Assembly: GCA_963760795.1 (NCBI GenBank)
Contig: CAVXEP010000019.1
Location: 32,001 to 96,000 of the forward strand
DNA: 64,000 nt
Reading direction: 5' to 3'
Origin: an uncultured delta proteobacterium
GTDB taxonomy: Bacteria; Desulfobacterota; Binatia; UBA9968
Shown here: one piece after another, positions 41,325-51,504 of the stretch
How the letters are laid out: every line of letters starts with the position of its first letter
Numbering within the stretch: position 1 is the stretch's first letter
Position numbers and translations under genes: made by a program
The notes under the pieces: generated by a model
Told to the model about the DNA's origin: nothing
What the model saw: the letters and a program-made list of their open reading frames with translations, nothing else
The model's database searches: none

Positions 41325-42354
41325 ATGTTATTCTTAAATCGCAGCCGTCATCGCAGTCAGATCGGCGCGTTGCCGCTCGTTCTGATCTTTATCGTGTCAT
41401 TGCCGGTGCTCGGTCTCGCCCAGCTCGGCGGCAAACCGGAGAAGAGCAATTTCACGCTGTCATACACCCAAGCGAGCGGCGCGTTCACCGCTCTGGGTGG
41501 CGCAGGAAGCGGGACTGTTCAAGAAACATGGCCTCGATGCGACTTTAAAAATTCTCAACTCACAGGTCGCACATCAGGCACTGCTGGCCGGCGAGCTTGA
41601 TGTGATTTCCACCGGTCCGGAGTTGGTCAACGCGCGCTTACAAGGCGTGCCGGCGAAATACATCGGCGGCACGCTACAACGCTTTGTCTTTCAACTATGG
41701 GGCGGCAAAGGGGTTAAGTCGCTTGCCGACCTCAAGGGCAAAACCATTGCGGCGACGACGCCCAAAACATCGACGGAAATCGCTACTCGCGAAGCGCTCA
41801 AGAAGACCGCGGTGATTTCGGAAAAGGACGTGAACTTCATCTACCTGCAAACCATTCCAGCGATCCTTACCGCGGTGATCAACGGTAACACCGCCGCCGG
41901 GACCTTGTCGGCGCCGAACACGTTGAAGGCGCGCGACGCAGGACTGAGTCTGCTGATCGATATCGCCCAGGCTAATGTGCCGGGATTTCATCTCGCCTAT
42001 GGCACCACGGAGAAGACGATCAAAGCGTATCCCAATGCGCTCTACGCTTTTCTCAAAGCTACTGCCGAAGCCACCGTCTTGGCCAAGCAAAATCCGGTGT
42101 TGGCAAAAAAAGCGATCGCCAAATACACCGACAGCGACGATGTAAAAATAATCGACGGCACGTACGAACAATTCTCACTCTACTGGGATGCGGTCCTTGC
42201 CGTGCGCGGCGAGCCGATCCAGGGTCAGCTGAGTTATCTCGACGAAAAGGAGTTTCCTCGCGCCAAAGACCCGCGCCCCGCCGATTTTTTTGATAACTCC
42301 TTCGCCGACCAATTGAAAAACTCCGGCTTCTTGCAGTCTCTCGGGATAAAGTAG
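41325..42354 (+). CDS. SsuA/THI5-like ABC substrate-binding protein, frameshifted near 41490
   Basis: Signal peptide, then WVAQEAGLFKKHGLD and DLKGKTIA. Confidence 0.85.
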
Positions 42355-42466
42355 CCGGCGAGCGGCGTTGGCTATCCCTCCGCTTGGCCGGCGGCGCGGT
42401 TCTTTAGAGCCGTTCCATTTCCCTGCGTCGGCTGCAGCAGTTCGATATCCGGCTGCCCCGGTCCGG

Positions 42467-43345
42467 TTAGTGCGACACGTCCAGCATGTTGCCTTCCGGA
42501 TCGCAAAGCTGGTGCTCACCGTAGCGGCAAGATTGCAGTAAGCCAAGCACGACGGCGTATTCGGCTTCCAAATTGGGCGACTTGGGCGCCAGCCATTCGG
42601 GATCGGCTTTCGCGAGAATCTCCAGATCGCTTTTCAAAGCCGCGACGTTCTCGACGTGGAAACCGATATGGTCGAGGCCGGGGCCTTTGTGCTCGGTACC
42701 GAGATAATCTTGAATCTTCCACGGTGCGAAGACCAAATTAACCGTACCATCGGTGAGATAAAAGTTGGGATCTTCCAGGGCCTTGTCTTGGTATTCGAAC
42801 TGATAAATGTCGACGTAGAACTGCGCGAGCTTTTCCGGATGGAGCGAGCGCATGGTGATATGTTTGATCCAACGCTCTTGCTTGCGCTCGCCGTCGAGCC
42901 AGACGCCTTTGACGTTGGTCTTGCCGGGCTGCATCAGATCGAAAATATTGCCTTCCGGGTCGTGGGTACTGTAGTCGGCAAAGGGGCGGTTTGACGGCCG
43001 CTTGACGACGCCGACTTCGGGGTACTTGTTTTTGATGCGATCGAAGGTGGCGTCGAGCTCGTCGACCTGAATGCCGAAATGATCGAGGCCGCCTTTGTAG
43101 CCGGGGCGGCGCCGATTAAAGGCTACGCCGATGTTGCCGTCGCTGGCGATCACCGTGCGATCGAACGGCGCGGCGACGCGCTTGGACGCCAATATCGGAT
43201 AGCCGAAGGAGCGCCCTTGCTCGGTTTCCAAGGACGGTGTCGCTTCCGAAGCCGCTTTGCGCAGATCGAACAGGCACTCGTAAAACTTAAACATCCGCGG
43301 TGCGTTCTGGCTCATGATGGCGACATGTTTGATTCTCGATGACAT
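42467..43345 (-). CDS. Two-domain VOC family protein
   Basis: Duplicated IKH...DHFGI/DHIGF...DPEGN motifs. Confidence 0.9.
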   Translation of the reverse strand: MSSRIKHVAIMSQNAPRMFKFYECLFDLRKAASEATPSLETEQGRSFGYPILASKRVAAPFDRTVIASDGNIGVAFNRRRPGYKGGLDHFGIQVDELDATFDRIKNKYPEVGVVKRPSNRPFADYSTHDPEGNIFDLMQPGKTNVKGVWLDGERKQERWIKHITMRSLHPEKLAQFYVDIYQFEYQDKALEDPNFYLTDGTVNLVFAPWKIQDYLGTEHKGPGLDHIGFHVENVAALKSDLEILAKADPEWLAPKSPNLEAEYAVVLGLLQSCRYGEHQLCDPEGNMLDVSH

Positions 43346-43373
43346 GATACTGGCCTCCTGAATGAAGATGGTT

Positions 43374-44420
43374 TTATTTGCGGAGAAATTCGCTTTCGAG
43401 TTTTCTAAAAAAACCTTCGCGGTCGAGCTCGTCCAGAATGGTCTCGTCGACGAAACGGTTTAAGTCCGTATCGATCTTAGCCCGCCCGGGTTCACGCTGG
43501 ATGATTTCAATCACATCCTGAACGCCGCGCCGGCCTATTCGCGGGGGAAACGAAAAGACGTTGTAATAGCCGTCGTAGGCGTCTTCGGCGAGTTTGCTGT
43601 TGATGCGCAAGCGTTTGGCCGTGAGGGCGACGATTTTGTCTTTCAACTGGGGTTGGTAACGCAAGCGATAGAGCGCTTCACTGATGCCTTGGAAAAACCG
43701 CTTGGCGTTGTCGCGCTTTCTTTCCAAGAAAGTACGCTCGGTGATAAACGCGCGATCTGGGAATTCCTTCACGATCTCGCCGAGATCGGCGAGGATGTTG
43801 TGCCCCCGTTGCAGTGCGATCGCGGCATTGCTGTAGGGAACCACGGTGCCATCGATGCCGCCAGCGATCTCCAGCGCGGTGAGCCGCGTCATGCTGTCGC
43901 CGGCCGGGACTATCTTGACCGACTCGGGCGGCAGCCCCCAGGATTTGAGCGCCATCAGGATGCTGAACTCGTTGGCGCCGCCGAAATTGACCACGCCGAG
44001 CTTCTTGCCCCGCAGGTCGGCAGGTTTTTGGATTTCCTTGCGCGTGACGAATTTATAGAGGTTGCGATTGAGGAAAGCGCCGGTAACGACCACGTTGGCA
44101 CCGGCCAGATTGGCGCGGATCGGAGCCATCGCGGCTACATTGGCCGAGTCGAGGCTGCGGCCGACTAGCGCTTGCATCAAGCGCGAACCGCCGCTGATCA
44201 CGACGAGATCGACATCAAGGCCATATTTTTCGAAGATACCAAGATCCTTGGCGACAAACAGCGGCAGTTCCTGTGGGCTGGTGCCACCTGCGCCGGCATG
44301 GATGTGGCGTTCGAGGGCTGCAACATCGGCGGTGCTAGCGGCGATGAAAAGCAAAAACGCGAGCACGACAGTGGGCGGAAACATAGACGCGTTTATAGTC
44401 TGGGGTTTAGGGAGATGCAA
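43374..44420 (-). CDS. SsuA/THI5-like ABC substrate-binding protein
   Basis: VAKDLGIFEKYGLDV, DLRGKKLG. Confidence 0.88.
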   Translation of the reverse strand: MHLPKPQTINASMFPPTVVLAFLLFIAASTADVAALERHIHAGAGGTSPQELPLFVAKDLGIFEKYGLDVDLVVISGGSRLMQALVGRSLDSANVAAMAPIRANLAGANVVVTGAFLNRNLYKFVTRKEIQKPADLRGKKLGVVNFGGANEFSILMALKSWGLPPESVKIVPAGDSMTRLTALEIAGGIDGTVVPYSNAAIALQRGHNILADLGEIVKEFPDRAFITERTFLERKRDNAKRFFQGISEALYRLRYQPQLKDKIVALTAKRLRINSKLAEDAYDGYYNVFSFPPRIGRRGVQDVIEIIQREPGRAKIDTDLNRFVDETILDELDREGFFRKLESEFLRK

Positions 44421-44469
44421 TCAGCCACCCGAAGTTGACCGATGGATTCTTGTTCACCACGAAGTGCAC

Positions 44470-45970
44470 AGCGCGGCTACGCCGCAACCAAAGTGACAGA
44501 ATAGTGTCTATCATGTAAATGGGAGTGATGGCTAAGACTCTCGACGGTTCGAGGAACGAAGGTGCGCAACGTTTCGTACAACGCCATCACGCCGATGTCA
44601 TCGGGGTTTTGGAAGGCTGGGATCGGCTGCGGCTGCAAGGGACGCTGCGCAGTCTCTATCATCCCTCGGTGATGGATTATTATCTGAAGCAATGTGGTGT
44701 TTTGTGGAAGGACTTTAAGACCTTTGTGACGGGCCTGACCGATCGGGTGAAGCAGTCTGCTGCGGCGTTGGCCATCGAGCATCGCCGTCCGATGATTTAT
44801 TTGCCATCGAGCCGCACTAGCAAGGAGGACACTGCCCGCCAGATTCAAGAGCGGGACAAGGTAGAGAGCGGGCTGATCGCGGTGTTCAGTTGCGTGGAGC
44901 CGTGCCGTCGATGGATAGCGCGAGGCAACCGGGCCACCCAGAAGTTGGAGCTGCGCTTGGAGTGGGGTAAATGCACACACCTTTACTTTTACTGGCTCCA
45001 TGAACAGCTGGGTTTTCTGCATTTTCGGCTTCAGACATGGTTCCCGTTTCTGATTCAGGTCTGTCTCAACGGACGGGAGTGGCTGGGGCGTCAGATGGAC
45101 GCTGCCGGGATTGCGTATCGGCGTGAGGACAACTGTTTCCCATGGATTGACGATATCGCTGGCGCCCAAGCGTTGATGGCCGAGCAGCTGCGCACGCGCT
45201 GGTCGAGCGTGCTCGACCCGCTGGTGCAAACAATGCCATCCGCTTAGCGCCGAGATCACCCGGCCCATCGAGCGCGACTACTACTGGACGGCTGCCGAGA
45301 GCGAATACGCCACCGACGTAATGTTTGGCGAGCGTGGAGCGCTGGAGCGGATTTATCCATCGTTGGTGCATCATGCGGTGATGAGCTTTGGCAGCGAACA
45401 GGTGCTGCGCTTTTTGGGGCATTCGGGCCGGTCTCCGGTTCAGGGCGAAGTTAAAACTGATCGGCGACGGCGTGTCGAGGGCGTGAGGATTAAGCACTGG
45501 GTCAATCAGAACTCGGTGAAGTGCTACGACAAGGGCAGCATTTTGCGTGTAGAGGCGACGATCAACCAACCCAAAGAGTTCCGAGTCTGGCGCGGGCCGG
45601 AGAATAAGCCTGAGGGTAAGAAGCAATGGCGCCCGCTGCGGCGTAGCGTGGCTGATCTGCATCGGCGTGCGCAGGTCAGCCGGGGTACCACCGACCGCTA
45701 TCTCACCGCGCTGGCCGCGGTGCATGTCCGTACTGCGCTGGCACAACAAGCGGCGACCGTATGCCGGCCTGTTGTGCGGCGTGATCGACGGCGCTACCGT
45801 GCGCTCAATCCGCTGGGGGACGCCGACGCTCAACTCTTGGCCATCGTCAACCGGGGCGAGTTTGCGCTCAACGGGTTTCGCAATCGCGATCTGCGTGCTC
45901 GTCTCTACGACGCCACCGAGGACCGAGAACAACAACGCCGGCAGATGACCGCGGTGGGACGGCGGCTCAC
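44470..45970 (+). mobile_element. Truncated IS-like element encoding a putative Rep-like (tyrosine) transposase
   Basis: Inserted in a REP-like palindrome with CAC at both junctions; terminal gcggc-tac-gccgc hairpin at 44473-44485; no terminal inverted repeats seen. Confidence 0.65.
44519..45970 (+). pseudogene. Putative transposase/Rep-like protein, frameshifted near 45230 and 3'-truncated
   Basis: GVLEGWDRLRLQGTLR, KCTHLYFYW, LQTWFPF, YYWTAAESEYATDVMF, KCYDKGSILRVEATIN, GFRNRDLR; the ORF runs into REP sequence after GRRL. Confidence 0.7.
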
Positions 45971-46042
45971 GAAGGTTTCAGATAATTATTATTCCGACCC
46001 TCGTGCTCTTCGTGCTTTCGCGGTAAATACCGACCGGCGATT

Positions 46043-46615
46043 TTACGTCGCTGCTTTGGCGGTCTTGGCAATGAACTTCAGGGCCACGCCGTTGTTGCAC
46101 CAGCGTTGGCCGGTCGGCTTGGGGCCGTCGTCGAAGATGTGGCCGTGATGGCCGCCGCAGCGTATACAGTGGTATTCGGTGCGCGGCAGGATCAGCTTAT
46201 AGTCGGTGGTCTTGCCGAAGGCGCCGGGGATGGTGGTGAAAAAGCTTGGCCAGCCGGTGCCGCTTTCGTATTTCATCTCCGAGCTGAACAGCGGCAAGTT
46301 GCAGCCGGCGCAGGCGAAGATGCCGGGCCGTTTTTCGCCGTTGAGCGGGCTCGAGCCAGGGGGCTCCGTGCCTTCTTCGCGCAGAATGTTAAACTGCTCG
46401 GCGGTCAAGCGCTTGCGCCACTCTTCTTTTGAAAGTTTTAACGGCTCGGTGGGCAGCGGCACTTTAACGCCGTCGGCGAGCAGCGTCTGCCAATTTTTTT
46501 GCAGCGCGTCAACGCTTTTTATCGGCGCAGCTGTCGCGGCGGTGGCAGCGCGGCTTTGCCAAATTGTCGAGAATCCAGCGGCCAGCATCCCTAAGCATAG
46601 CTTACGTCGCGTCAT
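46043..46615 (-). CDS. msrB: Peptide-methionine (R)-S-oxide reductase with a Tat-like signal
   Basis: GTEPP, CAGC, KYESGTGWPSF, CIRCGGHHGHIFDDGP, RWCNNG; MTRRKLCL start. Confidence 0.95.
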   Translation of the reverse strand: MTRRKLCLGMLAAGFSTIWQSRAATAATAAPIKSVDALQKNWQTLLADGVKVPLPTEPLKLSKEEWRKRLTAEQFNILREEGTEPPGSSPLNGEKRPGIFACAGCNLPLFSSEMKYESGTGWPSFFTTIPGAFGKTTDYKLILPRTEYHCIRCGGHHGHIFDDGPKPTGQRWCNNGVALKFIAKTAKAAT

Positions 46616-46839
46616 AGTTAATCTCCTCCATCGGCTAGCGCGATAACGCCGTTCGGCGGCGAATAGTTCCCAAGGTGGCACCCATTTGGCACCGAGTCGG
46701 CTTGTATTAAAACAGTAGGATCTCAATGACAAGGGCACATCGACTCGGATGGCGCCGCTCAGCGGGTCAACGCAGGCGGGCGGTAAACGGGGCATGTAAG
46801 CAGCGAATACAAGCGTCGATCAAAGCTTATGTCAAATGG

Positions 46840-47229
46840 TCACAGCACATGGAGAGCTTGAAGCTTGCTCATGATCTCCGCAGTGAGCTCAATGAACTCG
46901 GACAGACGCGCGGGATCGCAAGCGAATCCGGCGACCTTGGCTGAACCCAGGGCTAATGATCTAATCAGCTCAGTATCTGGCGGCAGCACTTTCGATCGGC
47001 CATCATTGAAGCGAAGTCTGATAGCCTTCATCAATTCCAGGTTGGCTTCGATGTTCGATCGTGCCGCGCGATAATAGTCTTGGCTGGCTGGATCTTCTGC
47101 GTTGTTTTCCTGTGCCAGCAGTTTCTCGCGGCAAAGCGACAGGGCATCGGACACGATAAAATGCGCCGCCGAGTAATTGTTGATCTCATCGCTAGAGAGG
47201 TCGCTTTTAGTTCTTGCTTGAGTGCTCAC
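46840..47229 (-). CDS. Hypothetical helical protein
   Basis: 129-aa ORF, GTG start with a GAGG RBS, no recognised motif. Confidence 0.5.
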   Translation of the reverse strand: MSTQARTKSDLSSDEINNYSAAHFIVSDALSLCREKLLAQENNAEDPASQDYYRAARSNIEANLELMKAIRLRFNDGRSKVLPPDTELIRSLALGSAKVAGFACDPARLSEFIELTAEIMSKLQALHVL

Positions 47230-47576
47230 GTTGGATCCTCGAAAACCAATCTACACGTCGGCGCCCAGTTGCGGGTTACCGCGGAATAGTCAGCGTTTTC
47301 GTTTTGTCCTACGCTACGCAAACAGTTTGCCACTCATGCTGACCCACGGAAAATTGCCGCCAGGAGTGGTAAGCTGCTGAAACACAAGGCGCTCTTCGCC
47401 GAACACTGGCTCATCAGGATCACTTCAGCGGATCTTTCGGATGGCTCATAAGCAACCGCTGTTACCAACTGTAAACTTAGTTGTTCGCTTAATAGTTGTT
47501 GGAGCAGAGGGGATTGGCCGTGATTGCCGCAGCGGTGTCCTGGCTCCGACCATTTTGACCGTGAAATTCGACGGCC

Positions 47577-48617
47577 TTACCAGGGTTTTCCCGGAACTTC
47601 ACCACCCCAGAGATCTTTGAGAAAACCGCTTTTCGCCAAATTTTCGGCGAAACTGTTGTCGTAGGTTTCACTCGGTTTGCGGTGCACTTGGGCACCGGCC
47701 TGACGGGCGGACTCGATGGTATCGGCGACCCGGGATGCGGGAATGGTGACGCGGCGATTGACCAGCTGTTTGGCGTAGGCATCGTAGGCCGCTTGCAGCG
47801 ATTCGGCATCCTTGATCGCCAAGACTTTTCCCACCGAGGCTTTGGCACGTTCCGGGTTCTTTTCGACGAAATGAACCGCTTCCGCCATGGCGGCGACGAA
47901 TTTCTGCACGACCTCGGGCCGTTCTTTAAGGATTCGATTGCTGGTGAACAGGCTGCTGTAAATCGCCGGCAAATTGAGATTGTCGAGTTGATAGATGACG
48001 TTGAGGCCATCGCGCCGGGCGCGCGCGTCGAGGGGTGGCGTGACCATGGTCGCGTGCCCCAAGTCTTGCAGCAAGGCGTTGTACACCTCAGTTTGGCCGG
48101 CGCCGCCGATATGGCGAATGTTCAAGTCGTTGGCGCTGAAGTTGAGCCGCTTCATCAAGACGCGGATCAGCGTGTCCGGCGTGCCGCCGGGGCGGGTGGC
48201 GATAAAAATCTTGCCCTTCAGATCTTCGACGCGGCGGATGTCTTTGCGCGCGATTATCACCCAGGGTAGGCCGACCAAGGGCGAGGCGATCATCTTGGCT
48301 TCGGCGCCGGCGGCCAGGCTCGGAATGATCGCATCGGCAGTGCAGTAGAGGAACTGGAGTTCATTGGCGGACAGCGCCGCCACTGAAACACCGGCACCAC
48401 GGATCAACAGGAACTCGACTTTGAGACCGTACTTCTCGAATAGCCGGTTGTCGACGGCGGTGTAAAGATGCATGAAGCCACCGCTGATCGCACAGGTGGC
48501 GACGCGAATCGATGTCGGAGTTTCACCGGTCTTGGCCAGGTAGGGATTGGCCGCGTGCAGCACAGAGGATGAGCAGAGCAGGAACACGAGAGCGATTAAT
48601 TTGCCGGTGTAATTCAT
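47577..48617 (-). CDS. SsuA/THI5-like ABC substrate-binding protein
   Basis: Signal peptide; LFEKYGLKVE, EDLKGK. Confidence 0.88.
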   Translation of the reverse strand: MNYTGKLIALVFLLCSSSVLHAANPYLAKTGETPTSIRVATCAISGGFMHLYTAVDNRLFEKYGLKVEFLLIRGAGVSVAALSANELQFLYCTADAIIPSLAAGAEAKMIASPLVGLPWVIIARKDIRRVEDLKGKIFIATRPGGTPDTLIRVLMKRLNFSANDLNIRHIGGAGQTEVYNALLQDLGHATMVTPPLDARARRDGLNVIYQLDNLNLPAIYSSLFTSNRILKERPEVVQKFVAAMAEAVHFVEKNPERAKASVGKVLAIKDAESLQAAYDAYAKQLVNRRVTIPASRVADTIESARQAGAQVHRKPSETYDNSFAENLAKSGFLKDLWGGEVPGKPW

Positions 48618-49000
48618 GTGGAATCTCCCGAGTGGTAGCAGGACGCGAAACGGCGAACACGCTTGATCTCAACAACCTAGCATGAACTACGAAAGGATCG
48701 CACTTTTGCGGCAAACTTAGACTGGGTATTGTTGTGATGTCGATTTGGCGCGTTAACGCGGAATCGTCTTTCATCAAGCGGTCGAGGTGATTTTCGCTGA
48801 ATATCTTTTCCGGCTTCGCTAAGATGTGATCGTTAGATAATAAGGAACGACGGAACATACGCATTTTCTAGGCGCACACCGAGATATCGTTGTGATAGAG
48901 AGCGATCACAATTAAGACTGTTCAAGGTTCAATCGTTCAAAGTTCAAGGTTTCCGCACTCGGAACAAGTCTCAGATGGTTCAGCCTAGGAGAGGACGCAG

Positions 49001-49984
49001 TTACTTGCCGAGTGTTGCTAGCGCTTTAGTGTAAAAGCGTTCGTCGACATATTTTTCGGCTTTGGTTTCGCCGGGTTTCATCAGGCCGGCGACTTCGCGC
49101 AGTTCTATAACCGTGCGGATGCCCGCCATGTCGATCCGGCTGCGCGCTGTCAGGCCCATGGTTGGGCTTAGCGTGCTGGCGTACATGGCCTCGGCGCGCG
49201 CTTTGTTGCCCTTGGTTTCGCCGAGCAACAGCTGCACCGCTTCGTCTTTGTTTTTCTTGTCCTGCAGCCAATCGGTGGCGCGGATCATGGCGCGGTTGAA
49301 GCGCACGACCAGCTCTTCGTTAGCGTTGGCCCAGACCCGCCGGGTGGCACCCAGGCCGCGGGCGTAATTTTTGACGTAATCTTCCGAGCGCGCCAGGATC
49401 TTGAAGCCGCGTTTGGCGATGTCTTCGTCCGGCATGCTCATCATCGCGCCGGCGGCGTCGCCCCGGCTCATGGCGTCGGCGCGGGCGCCGGTGTTGCCGA
49501 AGGACTTTATCTGGTAGTCCTTCTTCCACTCCAGGCCATGCTTTTTGAGGATGGCGATAGCGACCACCGCATAGCCCGTGGTGACCGCGTCGGCGGCCAG
49601 CAGTTTACCCTTGAGATCGGCGAAATCGTTGATGCCCGGTGCGACCACCAGTTTTTGATCGACGCCCTGGCTGCCGCCGAGGAAGATCACGAAGTCGTTT
49701 TTCTGCGGGTCTTCGCCCTGGCCTTCGGCCCAAGCGATGACGTTGTCTGCGTTGTTCAAGATCATGTCATAGTTGCCCTTGATCAAGTTGCGCAGCAAGG
49801 TCGGCGAGTCGGTGACCGTGCTGATCTCGACGGCGATATTTTCCTGCTTGAGAAAGCCTTTTTCGACCGCCGTGATGATCGCGGCGTCACGGTTGAATAA
49901 ACCGATTTTGATCGAGTCTTGCGCCATAAGTTCGTTCGGCAGCAGCGCTATCGCGGCTGCCAACACTCCCTTCAATAGTTTCAT
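49001..49984 (-). CDS. SsuA/THI5-like ABC substrate-binding protein
   Basis: Signal peptide; AVEKGFLKQENIAV, DLKGK. Confidence 0.85.
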   Translation of the reverse strand: MKLLKGVLAAAIALLPNELMAQDSIKIGLFNRDAAIITAVEKGFLKQENIAVEISTVTDSPTLLRNLIKGNYDMILNNADNVIAWAEGQGEDPQKNDFVIFLGGSQGVDQKLVVAPGINDFADLKGKLLAADAVTTGYAVVAIAILKKHGLEWKKDYQIKSFGNTGARADAMSRGDAAGAMMSMPDEDIAKRGFKILARSEDYVKNYARGLGATRRVWANANEELVVRFNRAMIRATDWLQDKKNKDEAVQLLLGETKGNKARAEAMYASTLSPTMGLTARSRIDMAGIRTVIELREVAGLMKPGETKAEKYVDERFYTKALATLGK

Positions 49985-50469
49985 TCGAAGATCCTCCGCA
50001 GGCATTTATCCAATTCCCGTCCGTGCTTGTCAATATGCGCGATGCCAATCCGTGAATCGTCCAGGCGCTAACGGCGCTGGAAAAGCTTGCCGCAACTCTA
50101 CGACGGCGATTGTTCAGAATTGACTGGGTTCGCTAGCACAACGACTGGTCCGCGCTGGGGCGCTCGGCGACGGTGGGAACCATGACCGGGTTTAACGTCT
50201 GCCTTCAAATATGCCGCGACTGGTGGAGCTCGCGGTCGATCGCTTCGGTGGCGCGGCAGGCTTGGTCGAGAATTTCTTCTTCGTGCTTTACTTGATACCA
50301 GCGACGATCCGGCTACGGGCGGTGTCGGACTCGGTGCGGCGTTATTTTATCGCGGATAAACAGGTTGTGAGGATCATCGATACGATGCCACCGCCGATGC
50401 CGCGTTAGCGCACACCGGCAAGCCGCTTAGCCAGCTCACCATGAGTAATCGTTCCAGGGGCGCACGATG

Positions 50470-51501
50470 CTACAGCGACAGCTTCTCCCAATCGGCGCTC
50501 GAAGCATCGCGGGCGATGGCCAAGCCGCCGTCGCAACCGGCGAACACCGGATCTTTGACTACCGTCGCGCGACCCCCGCCGAGCTCGATCAGGGATTTCT
50601 GGATCGCGTCAGTCAGTCCGGCGATCAGCGAGGAGCCGCCGGCGAGAATGACGTTGTTGCGGACTTTGTCTTGGAAGTCAGGCTCGACTTTCGACAGGAT
50701 ATCTTGCAGGGTCTCGCAGATCGGCGGCAGGATGCTTTCGCAGGCGGTGCGCATTTCGTGAGTGATATCGAGTTCGCTGGCTTTGCCTTTGACCGGTGCG
50801 CTGACGACGACGCGGTCTTTAGGTTCACCGACAAAGCTCCATTGCTCCTTCCACTGGCGGATCATGTGCACGGAAAACTGCGCGTCGGGATGGCGTTCGC
50901 GGACCAGTTTTTCTAACTGTTCGTCGATGGAGTCGCCGGCGGCGGACAGAGTGCGCTGGTCGTCTTCGGTGGGATAACGCCCCTGCATGACACAAAAGTC
51001 GGCGGTGCCGGCGCCGATGTCGATCACCAAGGCGTGCAGCAACGCTTCCAGGCCGTAAGCGACGGCGAAGGGTTCAGAGACCAGCATGACGCTGTCGGCG
51101 ATGCCTTCCATGGTGTTGCGCAGATTTTGCCGGCTCACTCGGAAGGCCTCCGCCGGCACGCCGACCACCGCGCGCACTTTCGATTTGTTTTTACCTTTTT
51201 GCTTGATGCCGGCGAGGTTGATCAGATGTTTGAGAATCTCCTGCACCGCCTCTTGGTCTTTCTCCGAGCCTTCCTTCATGATGCCCCGTTCGAGCGGGCG
51301 GCGCAGATCGAGCATGGAGCGGTTATCGAGCGCCTCGCGGCCGATCAAGATGGCTTTTTTGATGATCTTGCGCGCCACCATATCCAGCGGCCAACCGACA
51401 TAGCTGTCGATCACATGGCGCTCGCCGTTTGACGCGGAGATCGAGCTGCGCGAGGTGCCAAGATCGATGCCGACGCAGAGGGGTTCATTGCTTTCTTCCA
51501 T
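50470..51501 (-). CDS. MamK-like actin-family ATPase
   Basis: GIDLGTS (phosphate 1), AVVGVPA, VSEPFAVAYG, IDIGAGTAD (phosphate 2), KEQWSFVG, ILAGGSS (adenosine), KDPVFAGCDG; spacing and C-terminus resemble MamK more than MreB. Confidence 0.85.
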   Translation of the reverse strand: MEESNEPLCVGIDLGTSRSSISASNGERHVIDSYVGWPLDMVARKIIKKAILIGREALDNRSMLDLRRPLERGIMKEGSEKDQEAVQEILKHLINLAGIKQKGKNKSKVRAVVGVPAEAFRVSRQNLRNTMEGIADSVMLVSEPFAVAYGLEALLHALVIDIGAGTADFCVMQGRYPTEDDQRTLSAAGDSIDEQLEKLVRERHPDAQFSVHMIRQWKEQWSFVGEPKDRVVVSAPVKGKASELDITHEMRTACESILPPICETLQDILSKVEPDFQDKVRNNVILAGGSSLIAGLTDAIQKSLIELGGGRATVVKDPVFAGCDGGLAIARDASSADWEKLSL

Positions 51502-51504
51502 GAC

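Larger units (their letters stand above)
44453..46028. repeat. REP-like palindrome split by an insertion (halves 44453-44469 and 45971-46028)
   Basis: ttcaccacgaagtgcac joined to gaaggtttcag...cttcgtgctttcgcggtaaa rebuilds an inverted repeat like 18068-18133. Confidence 0.65.

Noticed and set aside
46687-46701. tggcaccgagtcgg, matching the 3' hairpin of the S. pyogenes tracrRNA
   Set aside because: Short match with no closing stem, anti-repeat, cas genes or array; consistent with chance.
48890-48911. ttgtgat-N8-atcacaa palindrome as a CRP/FNR/Rex site
   Set aside because: Spacing fits none of these consensus sites; the regulator cannot be assigned.
50470-51501. Evidence for magnetotaxis or a canonical mreB
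   Set aside because: No other magnetosome genes and no mreC/mreD in the window; motifs differ from MreB.
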